Assembly (NCBI GenBank): GCA_040954595.2
Contig: CM082577.2
Location: forward strand, 12,903,903 to 12,967,902
Direction: 5' to 3'
Length of the DNA stretch: 64,000 bases
Source of the DNA: Balanoglossus misakiensis
Taxonomy: Eukaryota > Animalia > Hemichordata
Shown here: piece by piece, positions 11,001 through 25,478 of the stretch
Layout: each line of letters starts with the position of its first letter
Position numbering within the stretch: position 1 is the stretch's first letter
Made by a program: the position numbers and the translations under genes
The notes under the pieces: model-generated
Told to the model about the DNA's origin: nothing
Seen by the model: the letters and a program-made list of their open reading frames with translations, nothing else
Databases searched by the model: none

Positions 11001-13775
11001 GACAGAATGCAGTCCCTAATTGACGCCAATCCGAACCAGAGGCTGAATCCCGGGCAGGCAAATCACCTGACAAAGAAAACAACAAAAGTATTCCACCAGT
11101 TATCAATGTTTATACTGAACGAGACTACTTGTGGGCATGGACCAATCATCGCGAGAACTCCTCTTGTTCTACATCTGGAAAAGAACTTTGTGCCCTACTT
11201 GAGCAACGTCACCATAATGATTGGAGATGGGAGTGGATTCAGTATTCCACCTGCAGACAGTATGTTTCCACAATTGTCGCGGGACACAGTCTTGAACAGA
11301 ATGGTCCGTATACAACTTCGATAATAATAAGAAAAATACCACGTTTCTTTATATCAATCATTACTCTATTCTTGTATATGGATATTTGTATAACTATTTG
11401 CCGCCAGTTAACTTTAATGTGATGTCCTGGGAGGCTGTCAGTTTTATATGTGTTATGTCATGGCACCCGTTGTCATTTTCGTTTACAAAACAAGACCTTA
11501 AACATTTCTTATAAGTATGATCTTTGGTTTAATGTAGAATTCTCTTGTTGTCATAATGCGTTCTGGTGCTCGGGGAATAATTTAAGTTTACTAAGTTTTT
11601 TTTTTACGTTTAGATTTTCCGTTTCGTTGGGAACCCTCACGGGTTGGCAAATAGGACTCATGGCTTCACTACCGATATACTGTCCCTGGAATTCAGAGAT
11701 GGAGATGGTAATGAGATCAAAGGTTGGTTTTCATTAAGGTGGTATCCTTACCTTCGCATGGAACTCTCAATATTTTACCAGTTAACTGCACACCATTTAA
11801 ACCGGAAATTCCTTTACATAGAAACCCAACGACATAACTTATATAAACATACAATCTTGGAGGGCAGAAGTCGATTAATAACCAATTTGTGAATTTAGTT
11901 TTGACATCAGTGTAAATTATCATTGAAAATGTTGCTTTTCAGTGAAACATGCATCAGAGGATCTCGGTGTATGGCTTGGTAATTATCAGACACCTATTAA
12001 TGAAAGCATCGTCAGGGGATTATACGTGGAAAGGGAAGGAGTCACTCACTATGCATTGACAGTAACGGTAATCTTCACATACTATATGAAGTGCACTGAT
12101 CATTGCATTTTTTCTGATCTTGTCTGTAACATATTCCCATTTGATCATCTATTATTATAGAATGATAAATACTTTGCGTCATTGTTACATAGGTATCGCC
12201 ACAGCGATACGCAGATTGCGGTTACCAGCCTCCGGCCTTAATATCAATTTCCTCGACATCATTTACAGTGGACATGGCCATAAATTTCGACTTATCTATA
12301 TTTGTTTGACCTATAAGTTAAGACACTCTGAAAAGGGTATACAAGACATTGGTGCCATTTTAAACACATTGTTATCGTTGACCTCACAAATTTCATTGTG
12401 TTAACTTTATCTCAATTTTACATTTTTTTTTCGCTGTAGGCGCTATCGGCCTACTCTGCATTTCAAATCATCGTGGAAGCATCAGTGCCTGTCTTCGAGA
12501 CTAGTACAGCATACGTGTCGCTGGAAAGACTTGACGCCGTCGGTGGCCACAGTGGTTTTCATTATGTAACTGAGTTGGTATTTGTAGGCTGTACAGCATC
12601 CATATTTCTACCAGAAGCAAAGGTCACAAGGACGGGCTTGTATTACATAGTCTTTGACCTTACCAGTGGTAAGATTGTGGTATTGTTTTTTGATGTCACA
12701 TTCAAAAATCAACATGTACATATGTTCTGCCACGATCTTGTGATTTCATTAAAGCATAAATAGCTGCCACGTTTTGCATTTTTTCGTTATTTTTACCTCG
12801 TGTGATGATATATCAGGGTAGTGTTTCGCCACTTCTGTGTCTATCTGTCTGTCTGTCTGTTCGGGCGACATTTCATCAAAGGCTAATCAGAATACGATCT
12901 TCTATATTGCACATGTTTTATATGCAAATGGATGGAACTGATTACTTTTTGTGGGGCTCATATTTAGCTAATAAAATTCATTGCCATTATAAAGTATGTT
13001 ACAAGTTCTGGTGAAAATAGCGTAATTACCGGCTCGTTGCCATAAAATCCTCAATTCAATGTTTCTCTGTTGGATTGAATCACATATTGGCGGACATTTT
13101 GAATTTAAAGTATTAGAAAATTTAGCCTTATGTCGAAATATTCCATCGTGACCCCTGTTTCACTACTATAAAGATACTCCAGTTTAATTTAAATGAAATA
13201 GGAGGAAGAAACCGAAGTTAGTTCTCTTATTCTTTTTCTCTACAGCCCATGGGGTTGGCATCAAGGTCCTCACTACTCAACACAGATGTAGCTACTTTGA
13301 TGAGACTAACTGGCAAAATGATGGTTGTAAGGTATAAACGCTTCTTCCAATTTTGCAATAATTGGTATGCTCCATGTACTTGCAAGCGATGAAACTGAAG
13401 ACAAGTGACAATTTGAGTGATTTTAACGGATACTGTGGATAAATATGCAACAAAAACTTAAAATGCAGAGTGTACTGCAACTTACGATTAACGCTGACAC
13501 GTGGAAACTACTTTTAACTAGTACTCATTTAGCACTGATGTAATTGAGGACGCTTTTCCATTATAAATTATAGCTGGGACGTAAACCAAGTGTTTGATCT
13601 TGTTTCACTTGCAGAGAAACGCCCACTGCTGTGTCAGTATGCATTTTTTCTGCTTGTTATCTTGCAGGTGTCACCAAAATCCGACTTCAACTCTACCCTG
13701 TGTCTGTGTAATCACCTGACTGTTTTCAGTGCAATGGTGGGAGTTGTTCGATCTGATGGACGATGCCTCGTTTAA
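5079..13775 (+). CDS. Copy B: 13-exon signal peptide-CTL-CTL-GAIN/GPS protein, ~651 aa, no TM region
   Basis: Exons 5079-5190, 5785-6067, 7562-7623, 7712-7985, 8462-8535, 9341-9411, 9782-9872, 10972-11303, 11614-11722, 11943-12067, 12440-12668, 13246-13331, 13668-13775 (1956 nt, phases consistent, no internal stop seen). CTL1: AYTFCERLGLRLV..FWLDA..ECL..IWEYIRCSVPRHPLCE. CTL2: AYQLCEKLGLRLL..VWIDA..SCI..LWKTEPCKKYLYVVCE. Confidence 0.85.
5312..5695. other. Truncated exon-2 duplicate plus inverted fragment of exon 9/intron 9
   Basis: 5312-5427 repeats the start of exon 2. ~5431-5693 is the reverse complement of ~911-1174. Intron 1/exon 2 then restarts. The same structure is at ~15858-16240. 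Confidence 0.85.
6140..6860. mobile_element. Non-autonomous Kolobok-type DNA transposon (TTAA TSD, GG..CC ends)
   Basis: ttaa|ggtggcattgcatgaaa ... tttcatgcaatgccacc|ttaa. Empty site atagcttaacataaagc in copies C, D and E. Confidence 0.85.
9111..9196 (+). mobile_element. Short insertion with a minimal hammerhead-ribozyme-like core (Penelope-like fragment)
   Basis: CTGAAGA-a-GATCCT-cagtga-AGGATC-GAAAC-gttg-GTA at 9120-9157. Flanked by gaattgaa/gaactgaa. Also in copy C (~18951-19036) and absent from D and E. Confidence 0.5.
9963..10559 (+). mobile_element. Non-autonomous Helentron/DINE-like element
   Basis: Inserted in an A-run (empty site gatgtaaaaacgatattgg in D/E). Internal (CAGA)/(CA)/(CATA) microsatellites and a 3' stem-loop aggtcccat..atgggacct followed by aaaaa. 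Second copy at ~19802-20395. Confidence 0.6.
10756..10821. mobile_element. Miniature TAG..CTA palindromic element (AcademH-like) present in every unit
   Basis: tagtctggtcccctgccc ... gggcaggggaccagacta with flanks taggatagga/aaggatcgga (degenerate 10-bp TSD). Copies at 1-45, ~20591, ~31023 and ~47027. Confidence 0.5.
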
Positions 13776-15629
13776 TACAGGGCGTCCGTTTGGTCTACAG
13801 AACTGACAAATTAAGCTTTTGAAACGAGTTCTAAACTAATGTACCATTCAAAATGTGTTCGTGTTTTTAAATTTATTTAACATAAACTTTATGAAGTTTT
13901 GGCAATAGATTTTGGTGATAATGCATTCACTGTGAAAAGAATAGCATAGAGGTGCCAAAAACTTGTCCGAAAGAGAAGCGTTAGGTTGAGTGCGTCTATG
14001 ATTGATTTGATTATATAGTACGATGTAATTTATACATTTATTTGTAATCTGCCAGAATAGGATATATACATGTATACATTAATCAATATTTCTGTTTTGT
14101 AATAACCAGAACTGTCACTTGCCATTGTAATAACCCGTAATTTCACTTGTTATTAATTCGTGGAGTTATAGTATTCTGAAAACAAATTGTATGTGTTTGC
14201 CATGGATTGCTTTGGATTATTCTGGTTGACATTAAAGCGTACACTTACTGTACACTGTGTATGTATGGCGTCTTCCCCCTCCCCCACGAATCACATGACA
14301 TCCCTCTTTCGCCGTTTCTTTTTTGCAAAAAAAATGGACTGAACTTTCCTTTGAGAAGAAATAAACCACAGAAGTCACGAGTAATCATAACCAGCACCAA
14401 AAAGTACTTATATGTTTATTTGTAAATGTGTCCTAATACTAACCACAAAAATGGTTAATTAACAATAACAGGCAAAGAAAACGGTTTATACTCTCTGTGT
14501 GTCTTGGTTAGAATTCTTAATCAGAGCATTTTGTTAGTTTGTGATGAGAATATGATAAAGTGTGTAACCTTTGATATATAGACTACGGAATCACGTATTT
14601 CATCATGCATGGCCTTTGCCTCTAGTTGGCCATCTTGCCCGGAGATCTTTATATGGTATTTCCCCAGGCCCTCTTTCTGGAGTGCCCAACGGAAGAAGCA
14701 GAGGGGTCTGGGTAACCGAGATTATATCCTTGTGCTCTAGTTGATGAGGTCATGCTTTGTTTTTAAATTCTCTTGGAGGGAAATACAACGTTTTCATTTT
14801 ATTTTGTCTTTTTCAAAGGTGGCGGCCATATTCCTCAGCGGCAAAACTTTGTTATTTTATCTGGTTAAACGAATGTCGGTAGATTTTTCAGATACTTTCT
14901 TATCATATGTGCTGTGTTGAATCCATAAGAACGTGTATGTATCTTCACAAACATTTCCCACTACAGAAATAAATCATCATCTGAATAATGCAAATTGAGA
15001 TGACTTGGGAGGCTGTAGAATATTACAAATTGAATTTCTAGAACTACAAAGTTTGAGAAAATCAATAAGATATGTTGACATAAATAAATTAAAGCCACTA
15101 TTTCAGTATCTACTTCAGAGCTCCATACCTGTAGGTTAACCTCTCGGCATCCGCATTGTGGCATTATTATTAGCGTGGAAAATGCACTGAAGGGAAGTAA
15201 TTCAATATATCTCACATGCACACTCAAGTGAAACGTATGTTTGCGAGACAATATGCCCAATTTCTATTTTTGTATCCAACCGACGTTCTATACAAGATCC
15301 CCACTGGTAATGACACGAACATGAACTTTGATGATTAATACCACTTTTGTTTAATTTGTCGATTAACCGGGAGCAACAAGTTTAATATTAATTAATTCCA
15401 TTTCATCTTGCGACAGTCATAAAACATTAATTATAATATCACGCATTTCTTAACATGTGTATAATACAAGTGTGAATACATCTAACGCATAAATGAAAGA
15501 ACACGACACAGCGTCTCCATTTAGCACCAGATCTCTCTCTGCAGTGGTTACAATTCTTTGCAAAACACACATATTTTGTCAAGATATTCATATATAAAAT
15601 GATCGCAGATTAGCCGCAAACTCGCAACC

Positions 15630-18600
15630 ATGGCTTGCATGAGAAGCTGTAAAAGGTTACAATATTGTCGTGAAATACCTTTGAAGTTAACACTCGTCGC
15701 TACATTCGTGATGTTGTCGACGACATTACTGCAGCAAGCAGGTAAGACACTAATTTTGTATGTTCAGAAAGTTTGAAGTTCCTCAAAACAGGAACTTATA
15801 ATTCTTATCATTGTTTCATGTATGATTGTAATAAGACTAAAGGTTTAATATCCAGATTGCATCAAAGTTTTCCATGTTTACGATCGGATGGGTCACGCTG
15901 AAGCCTACACGTTTTGTGAGCGATTGGGTCTTCGCCTCGTTAAAGATGACAGCGAAGAAAAACAAACAGCTCATAAAGGAACATTTTCCGTGATAATTTA
16001 CACGGGTGTCAAAACTAAATTCACAAATTGATTATTAATCGACATCTGCCATCCAAGATGGTATGTTTATATAAGTATGTCACTGGGTTTCTAGGTAAAG
16101 GAATTGGCCATTTCCGGTTTAAATGGTGCAAAGTTAACTAGTAAAATATTGAGAGTTCCATGCCAATGTAAGGATACCATTGATGGCCTTAATGAAAACG
16201 AACCTTTAATCTCGTTACCATCTTCATCTCTGAATTCAGAAAGTTTGAAGTTCCTCAAAACAGGAACTCATAATTCGTATCATTGTTTCATGTATGATTG
16301 TAATAAGACTAAAGGTTTAATATCCAGATTGCATCAAAGTTTTCCATGTTTACGCTCGGATGGATCACGCTGAAGCCTACACGTTTTGTGAGCGATTGGG
16401 TCTTCGCCTCGTTAAAGATGACAGCGAAGAAAAACACACAGCTATACTAAAATCTTTAATGGAACGAGGCCACGCAGACGTGAATCTCTGGTATTTCTGG
16501 CTAGATGCTCGAGTGAATGACAACGGAGACGTAGTCACAAGAGACGGGGAAATTTTGACCTACAAGCCATCGGTTGAAAAGGTTGTTGGGGAGTGCCTCT
16601 CAATGATAAAGTGAGTTGACGATTTTGTATATATATTAAAATATGAAAAAAAAATTTGTTGTGGACATTATAATATAGCTTAACATAAAGCAATCACATG
16701 GAATCATGTGCAGAAGCATGCCCCGCCGCCCGGCCCCGGCCAAGCCAAGATTTCCCAGCACAAACGCTGTAGGTTCGAAAACAAAGGATACCTTACTTGG
16801 GGTGTGAACTGACTGTCAATCGATGTTTGATCTACAAATACCAATGTTTGCTCTTGAGTTATTTGTGGGTCCCACTCGCGTGTGCAAATGGGAGAAGTTT
16901 CAGTCCTCCGCCTATAGGTGTGAAATGGAAATTGTTCCACCTCGTTTGTAGTTTATTTACTCTCTTGATAGTCATAAGCCATTAATTCGGTAATGCGGAA
17001 TTTTTCCGCTCTCGGGGGATTAGCCTACCTACATGGTTTGTGCCAGCCAATCTCATCATTCATAGTTATATATCAGTTGAGACAGAATTGATTAAAATTT
17101 TAATGATATCCCTACAGATGTTACTATAGGCAATGTCTTCAGAACACAATTTTGGCAGTTGCGCACCGATACCTCGATTTTATGGGAAATTGTAATCGTC
17201 AACATTTACCTCATTTGTCTAGTATTAGACCAAGTTTACCTAATTCTCAATTGTCTCCGAGTCTTAACCAAATTAAAGGGGAACTGTAGAAAACGTTTTA
17301 TGTAGTTTGACAGATGTGCGGCCTGACAGGCGTTAATTGGGTGAAACTTTAATGTACTTACATTCCAATTTAATTCACAGACAAGGAATCTGGGAATATA
17401 TCCGGTGTTCGGTACCACGTCACCCTTTATGTGAAAATACAAGTAGGTTATAGTTTAATGAAGATTTTCGCAACTTTTACTCGATTTCAAATTTTCCGGG
17501 AAAGAAATAGCGTTGTTTTCTAATCTGCAGCATCTTTCGACCTAACTACCACATGGAATGATATGGTGGGTGCATACCAGCTATGTGAAAAGCTTGGGTT
17601 GCGTCTTCTAACTGACACCACTGACTGGAAAATCAAGCAATACTGTGCGTCCCTTGGGTGCCATGAAGTGCCTGCTCGGGGTGTATGGATTGATGCTACC
17701 ATCACGGCAGATGGCACTGTGAAGACAGGCAGTGGTTTGATATTGGAACACACGCATTTTGCTCCCCACCAGCCTCTCGATGCCGGATCGTGTATTAGAA
17801 TCACGTGAGTCGATGTCTGTTCACGCTATTTTCCACAATACCCAACAATAGACGTAGTTTTATCATTGTTTTCATGGCTTTAACTGTTAAGGCGTTGGAA
17901 CTTCCGAGATTACATGGCAGTTTACTGATTGAATATCTATGTATTGTTACGTTTTCCTATCCCAAAGATTACACTCTGTTGCTAAAAAATCACTTTGCAC
18001 TGTTTCTGGTATTTTGCCAAGTTTATGTTTTATGGTTTGGTAACTAACTGTATCTGCTTTATCGTCTGAATTGCAAAGCACATTTTGAACATGATACTTT
18101 ACAGCTAACGCTGATTGCAATATCATTCCAACCCCGGCCGTACAGCATAATAGACAGTGGATGTAGGAAATTTATCAGAACCGTGTCCATTACCAAATTT
18201 GACTCTTAAAATTCAAAGTACAGTAATTATTGTAGACATTGTAAACTTCAATAAGCGTTGAATAGTGAATCAGTTCTGTATACAGGTGTACTACAGCTAC
18301 ATGTTTATGGACAACTGAACCTTGTAAAAAATACCTGTATGTTGTTTGCGAGGATAACGGTAAGTATTTGATGAATCTCGTTCATTAATTTTCCTTTTCC
18401 TACATGTTTGAATGCCTGTGTAGTTTTGTGGTATGAACACACATACACCAAATGCCACTAAAAACGGAATGAAGACAAATGCATACGCGTACATTTATCC
18501 GCGTGGAAGGGAGTCACATTGGAAATATCCAAATGTATAATGGACCATTAATTTTTTGTTTTCGGTAAATTGATAATTGAAACAAAAAGCTGTATTAATC

Positions 18601-21600
18601 ATCAACGTGTTCGTGTCGTAACCAGATGAGATAATGCACATATATATGGACACAATTAATTGAAATTCGGCGTCTTGTCTTGCACATTTGATTTCCACGT
18701 ACGTTAAATGGTCTGCTTTTAATGCCTTGTCTACACCAATGGATAATGCTAAAGTGCCTAACCCAGCATAAGGGGGCTCCGAAGTACATCTCGATATGGT
18801 CACATTTTATTACTCTCAAACTTCGCAAGTTCGAGAGTAAGTATGCACATAATACATAACGCATGAAATTACTATCAAATATGACTACCATAAGCCGAAA
18901 AGGGAAAGGAAATGGTTAAACAAGTTGCTCAAAGAAATGGATGAATTGAATTTAGATCCCTGAAGAAGATCCTCAGTGAAGGATCGAAACATTGGTAAAA
19001 CAAGTTTTTAACAAACCCGACGCTTGTCTCCTCATCGAACTGAAACAAAGGTTGTTTACAATAGGGTTTACGTCATAACCTGGGGAGATTTTGTTGAAGT
19101 ACTTTCGTTTGGGGAAATAAAATTCAAATTTTGCCATCTCTCATATTATCTGCACTTTACATTTGCAACATCCAGATGATGACTTACTTCTACTGCGGGA
19201 GAGGTTGGTCAAGATAAGTGACGATGAATTCAGAACAGCAGATGTGGTAAGAAAGGTTCCAATCATTTGAGACTGATGTAATGCACTGTAATGGTTAACG
19301 CCACAAGTTACCGAAATCCACTTAAGAGACAGAACATTTTTGACAAATAATGCTACGTTCTAAATAATTTCACATAATGCTATAAGCCACATACTATGTA
19401 CATGTACTGCAGTATTCACAATAGCAGCAACAACCGCCAAACTAGAAACACCGTATTTCTTTGATACCGACAACGCGTTATCCAATTATGTAATTGTCTT
19501 TACACGTATATTAAAGGTCACTATGTGATATAACTATTTTGTGACAACTAAAGCTTCATACTAAATAATTCTACATAAGGCTATAAAGCCACATACTTAA
19601 TAATTGTCTTTTCTTTTTCCAGGGTATTAGTGTAATTGACAAGTTGGACACTGTAACCTCTGACCTTTCAAATGAATGTGTCATATTTGAAGGAAGAATT
19701 CTATTTGCAAAAGGTATTGTGATATGTGTTGTTTAAATCAAGATGATTCTGTGACATCTGTTTATATCCATCACATTCAATATCATCCAATGATGTAAAA
19801 ATCGCGTCAAGGACACAGTGGTCCCATTGAGTGATTACACAAGAAAAAGTCTACAACGGAGTACATGGCCATTTACAGACAGACAGACACACACACACAC
19901 ACACACACACACCCATAGCGAGAGATCAATGGGCAAACACTGACTGACCCATAAGCTGACAATGGCATATGTACTGTACACATACTGAATAGAACAGCTG
20001 GCCTCTTTAAAACTTAACCAGTTATGTAATCATGCAGGAATTTGCTGTGTATATAAATATCACATGATGGGGTTCCTGCCTAATTAAAACAACTCAATAA
20101 AGTAAATACACACCACTTTGTAAAGCAATCTGACCAGTAGTTCTTGAGTTTTGACCAAATTCACATTTTCCCAGCTAATTTGCATATTTTTGGGCCTGGC
20201 AACTTCATTTGAACAAACTCCCATCTACAGCCCTGCCTGCACCTACACACCAAATATTGAGGTGATACGCGTGATGTGAACGGACATACTGACATACATC
20301 CATCCATACATACATCCATACATACATACATACAGACGCAACCCATCCCATAAGGTCCCATGGTGTATATACCTATACAAATGGGACCTAAGAACCATAT
20401 TGGTAGCAGAAAAAATACCACCTTACAATTATAAAGCTTACCGAAAATGCGTCAACTACAGTTCGTTTGTTTCCACAAATCATGCAAATTATTGGTGGAC
20501 GTCAAATATCGTACATGTAGCTTAGAGAAACTTCGAGCACTGGACGTTTCCAACTGTTGAATGATACCCTGAATTAGAAGTAGGATAGGATAGTCTGGTC
20601 CCCTGCCCTTTAGCGTTGCGCAGCCAGCGATGGGATTGGGGCAGGGGACCAGACTAAAGGATCGGACTCCTTTGTCTCGTCATCATTTTTCCAAATGGAT
20701 TCAAGAAATGAAATTCATTCAATAACCTTCGGGCATTGGTGTAAGGCCGAGAAAGACAGTCAGACAGAGTGAAGTAGTTTTAAATGCCAGTGTTTACATA
20801 TTTCAGAAACACTGAATGTCATGCAAAAAGTGATAGACAGAATGCAGTCCCTAATTGACGCCAATCCGAACCAGAGGCTGAATCCCGGGCAGGCAAATCA
20901 CCTGACAAAGAAAACAACAAAAGTATTCCACCAGTTATCAATGTTTATACTGAACGAGACTACTTGTGGGCATGGACCAATCATCGCGAGAACTTCTTCT
21001 CTTGTTCTACATCTGGAAAAGAACTTTGTGCCCTACTTGAGCAACGTCACCATAATGATTGGAGATGGAAGTGGATTCAGTATTCCACCTGCAGACAGTA
21101 TGTTTCCACAATTGTCGCGGGACACAGTCTTGAACAGAATGGTCCGTATACAACTTCGATAATAATAAGAAAAATACCACGTTTCTTTATATCAATCATT
21201 ACTCTAGTCTTGTATATGGATATTTGTATAACTATTTGCCACCAGTTAACTTTAATATGATGTCCTGGGAGGCTGTCAATTTTTTATGAGATGAACTTTA
21301 GGCTGAAATATGTGTTGTGTCATGCACCCGTTGTCATTTTCTTTTACAAAATAAGACCTTAAACATTTCTTATAAGTATGATCTTTGGTTTAATGTAGAA
21401 TTCTGTTGTTGTCATAATGCGTTCTGGTGCTCGGGGAATAATTTAAGTTTACTAAGTTTTTTTTTTACGTTTAGATTTTCCGTTTCGGTGGGAACCCTCA
21501 CGGGTTGGCAAATAGGACTCATGGCTTCACTACCGATATACTGTCCCTGGAATTCAGAGATGGAGATGGTAATGAGATCAAAGGTTGGTTTTCATTAAGG

Positions 21601-23621
21601 TGGTATCCTTACCTTCGCATGGAACTCTCAATATTTTACCAGTTAACTGCACACCATTTAAACCGGAAATTCCTTTACATAGAAACCCAACGACATAACT
21701 TATATAAACATACAATCTTGGAGGGCAGAAGTCGATTAATAACCAATTTGTGAATTTAGTTTTGACATCAGTGTAAATTATTATTGAAAATGTTCCTTTT
21801 CAGTGAAACATGCATCAGAGGATCTCGGTGTATGGCTTGGTAATTATCAGACACCTATTAATGAAAGCATCGTCAGGGGATTATACGTGGAAAGGGAAGG
21901 AGTCACTCACTATGCATTGACAGTAACGGTAATCTTCACATACTATATGAAGTGCACTGATCATTGCATTTTTTCTGATCTTGTCTGTAACATATTCCCA
22001 TTTGATCATCTATTATTATAGAATGATAAATAATTTGCGTCATTGTTACAGCCACAGCGATACGCAGATTGCGGTTACCAGCCTCCGGCTTTAATATCAA
22101 TTTCCTCGACATCATTTACAGTGGACATGGCCATAAATTTCGACTTATCTATATTTGTTTGACCTATAAGTTAAGACACTCTGAAAAGGGTATACAAGAC
22201 ATTGGTGCCATTTTAAACACATTGTTATCGTTGACCTCACAAATTTCATTGTGTTAACTTTATCTCAATTTTACATTTTTTTTCGTTGTAGGCGCTATCG
22301 GCCTACTCTGCATTTCAAATCATCGTGGAAGCATCAGTGCCTGTCTTCGAGACTAGTACAGCATACGTGTCGCTGGAAAGACTTGACGCCGTCGGTGGCC
22401 ACAGTGGTTTTCATTATGTAACTGAGTTGGTATTTGTAGGCTGTACAGCATCCATATTTCTACCAGAAGCAAAGGTCACAAGGACGGGCTTGTATTACAT
22501 AGTCTTTGACCTTACCAGTGGTAAGATTGTGGTATTGTTTTTTGATGTCAAAAATCAACATGTACATATGTTCTGCCACGATCTTGTGATTTCATTAAAG
22601 CATAAATAGCTGCCACGTTTTGCATTTTTTCGTTATTTTTACCTCGTGTGATGATATATCAGGGTAGTGTTTCGCCACTTCTGTGTCTATCTGTCTGTCT
22701 GTCTGTTCGGGCGACATTTCATCAAAGGCTAATCAGAATACGATCTTCTATATTGCACATGTTTTATATGCAAATGGATGGAACTGATTACTTTTTGTGG
22801 GGCTCATATTTAGCTAATAAAATTCATTGCCATTATAAAGTATGTTACAAGTTCTGGTGAAAATAGCGTAATTACCGGCTCGTTGCCATAAAATCCTCAA
22901 TTCAATGTTTCTCTGTTGGATTGAATCACATATTGGCGGACATTTTGAATTTAAAGTATTAGAACATTTAGCCTTATGTCGAAATATTCCATCGTGACCC
23001 CTGTTTCACTACTATAAAGATACTCCAGTTTAATTTAAATGAAATAGGAGGAAGAAACCGAAGTTAGTTCTCTTATTCTTTTTCTCTACAGCCCACGGGG
23101 TTGGCATCAAGGTCCTCACTACTCAACACAGATGTAGCTACTTTGATGAGACTAACTGGCAAAATGATGGTTGTAAGGTATGAACGCTTCTTCCAATTTT
23201 GCAATAATTGGTATGCTCCCTGTACTTGCAAGCGATGAAACTGAAGACAAGTGACAATTTGAGTGATTTTAACGGATACTGTGGATAAATATGCAACAAA
23301 AACTTAAAATGCAGAGTGTACTGCAACTTACGATTAACGCTGACACGTGGAAACTACTTTTAACTAGTACTCATTTAGCACTGATGTAATTGAGGACGCT
23401 TTTCCATTATAAATTATAGCCGGGACGTAAACCAAGTGTTTGATCTTGTTTCACTTGCAGAGAAACGCCCACTGCTGTGTCAGTATGCATTTTTTCTGCT
23501 TGTTATCTTGCAGGTGTCACCAAAATCCGACTTCAACTCCACCCTGTGTCTGTGTAATCACCTGACTGTTTTCAGTGCAATGGTGGGAGTTGTTCGATCT
23601 GATGGACGATGCCTCGTTTAA
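15630..23621 (+). CDS. Copy C: 13-exon signal peptide-CTL-CTL-GAIN/GPS protein
   Basis: Exons 15630-15741, 16328-16610, 17381-17442, 17531-17804, 18286-18359, 19176-19246, 19623-19713, 20807-21141, 21475-21583, 21804-21928, 22292-22520, 23092-23177, 23514-23621. Splice sites and frame are conserved with copy B. Confidence 0.85.
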
Positions 23622-25478
23622 TACAGGGCGTCCGTTTGGTCTACAGAACTGACAAATTAAGCTTATGAAACGAGTTCTAAACTAAAGTACCATTCAAAAT
23701 GTGTTCGTGTTTTTAAATTTATTTAACATAAACTTTATGAAGTTTTGGCAATAGATTTTGGTGATAATGCATTCACTGTGAAAGAATAGCATAGAGGTGC
23801 CAAAAACTTGTCCGAAAGAGAAGCGTTAGGTTGAGTGCGTCTATGATTGATTTGATTATATAGTACGATGTAATTTATACATTTATTTGTAATCTGCCAG
23901 AATAGGATATATACATGTATACATTGATCAATATTTCTGTTTTGTAATAACCAGTACTGTCACTTGCCATTGTAATAACCCGTAATTTCACTTGTTATTA
24001 ATTCGTGGAGTTATAGTATTCTGAAAACAAATTGTATGTGTTTGCCATGGATTGCTTTGGATTATTCTGGTTGACATTAAAGCGTACACTTACTGTACAC
24101 TGTGTATGTATGGCGTCTTCCCCCTCCCCCACGAATCACATGACATCCCTCTTTCGCCGTTTCTTTTTTGCAAAAAAAATGGACTGAACTTTCCTTTGAG
24201 AAGAAATAAACCACAGGAGTCACAAGTAATCATAACCAGCACCAAAAAGTACTTATATGTTTATTTGTAAATGTGTCCTAATACTAACCACAAAAATGGT
24301 TAATTAACAATAACAGGCAAAGAAAACGGTTTATACTCTCTGTGTGTCTTGGTTAGAATTCTTAATCAGAGCATTTTGTTAGTTTGTGATGAGAATATGA
24401 TAAAGTGTGTAACCTTTGATATATAGACTACGGAATCACGTATTTCATCATGCATGGCCTTTGCCTCTAGTTGGCCATCTTGCCCGGAGATCTTTATATG
24501 GTATTTCCCCAGGCCCTCTTTCTGGAGTGCCCAACGGAAGAAGCAGAGGGGTCTGGGTAACCGAGATTATATCCTTGTGCTCTAGTTGATGAGGTCATGC
24601 TTTGGTTTTAAATTCTCTTGGAGGGAAATACAACGTTTTCATTTTATTTTGTATTTTTCAAAGGTGGCGGCCATATTCCTCAGCAGCAAAACTTTGTTAT
24701 TTTATCTGGTTAAACGAATGTCGGTAGATTTTTCAGATACTTTCTTATCATATGTGCTGTTTTGAATTCATAAGAACGTGTATGTATCTTCACCAACATT
24801 TTCCACAACAGAAATAAATCATCATCCGAATAATGCAAATTCAGATGACTTGGGAGGCTGTAGAATATTACAAATTGAATTTCTAGAACTACAAAGTTTG
24901 AGAAAATCAATAAGATATGTTGCCATAAATAAATTAAAGCCACTATTTCAGTATCTACTTCAGAGCTCCATACCTGTAGGTTAACCTCTCGGCATCCGCA
25001 TTGTGGCATTATTATTAGCGTGGAAAATGCACTGAAGGGAAGTAATTAAATATATCTCACATGCACACTCAAGTGAAATGTATGTTTGCGAGACAATATG
25101 CCGAATTTCTATTTTTGTATCCAACCGACGTTCTATACAAGATCCCCACTGGTAATGACACGAACATGAATTTTGATGATTAATACCACTTTTTTTATTT
25201 GTCGATTAACCGGGAGCAACAAGTTTAATATTAATTAATTCCATTTCATCTTGCGACAGTCATAAAAAAAATTAATTATAATGTCACGCATTTCTTAACA
25301 TGTGTATAATTAATACAAATGTGAATACATCTAACGCATAAATGAACGAACACAACTCAGCGTCTCCATTTAGCACCAGATCTCTCTCTGCAGTGGTTAC
25401 AATTCTTTGCAAAACACACATATTTTGTCAAGATGTTCATATGTAAAATGATCGCAGATTAGCCGCAAACTCGCAACC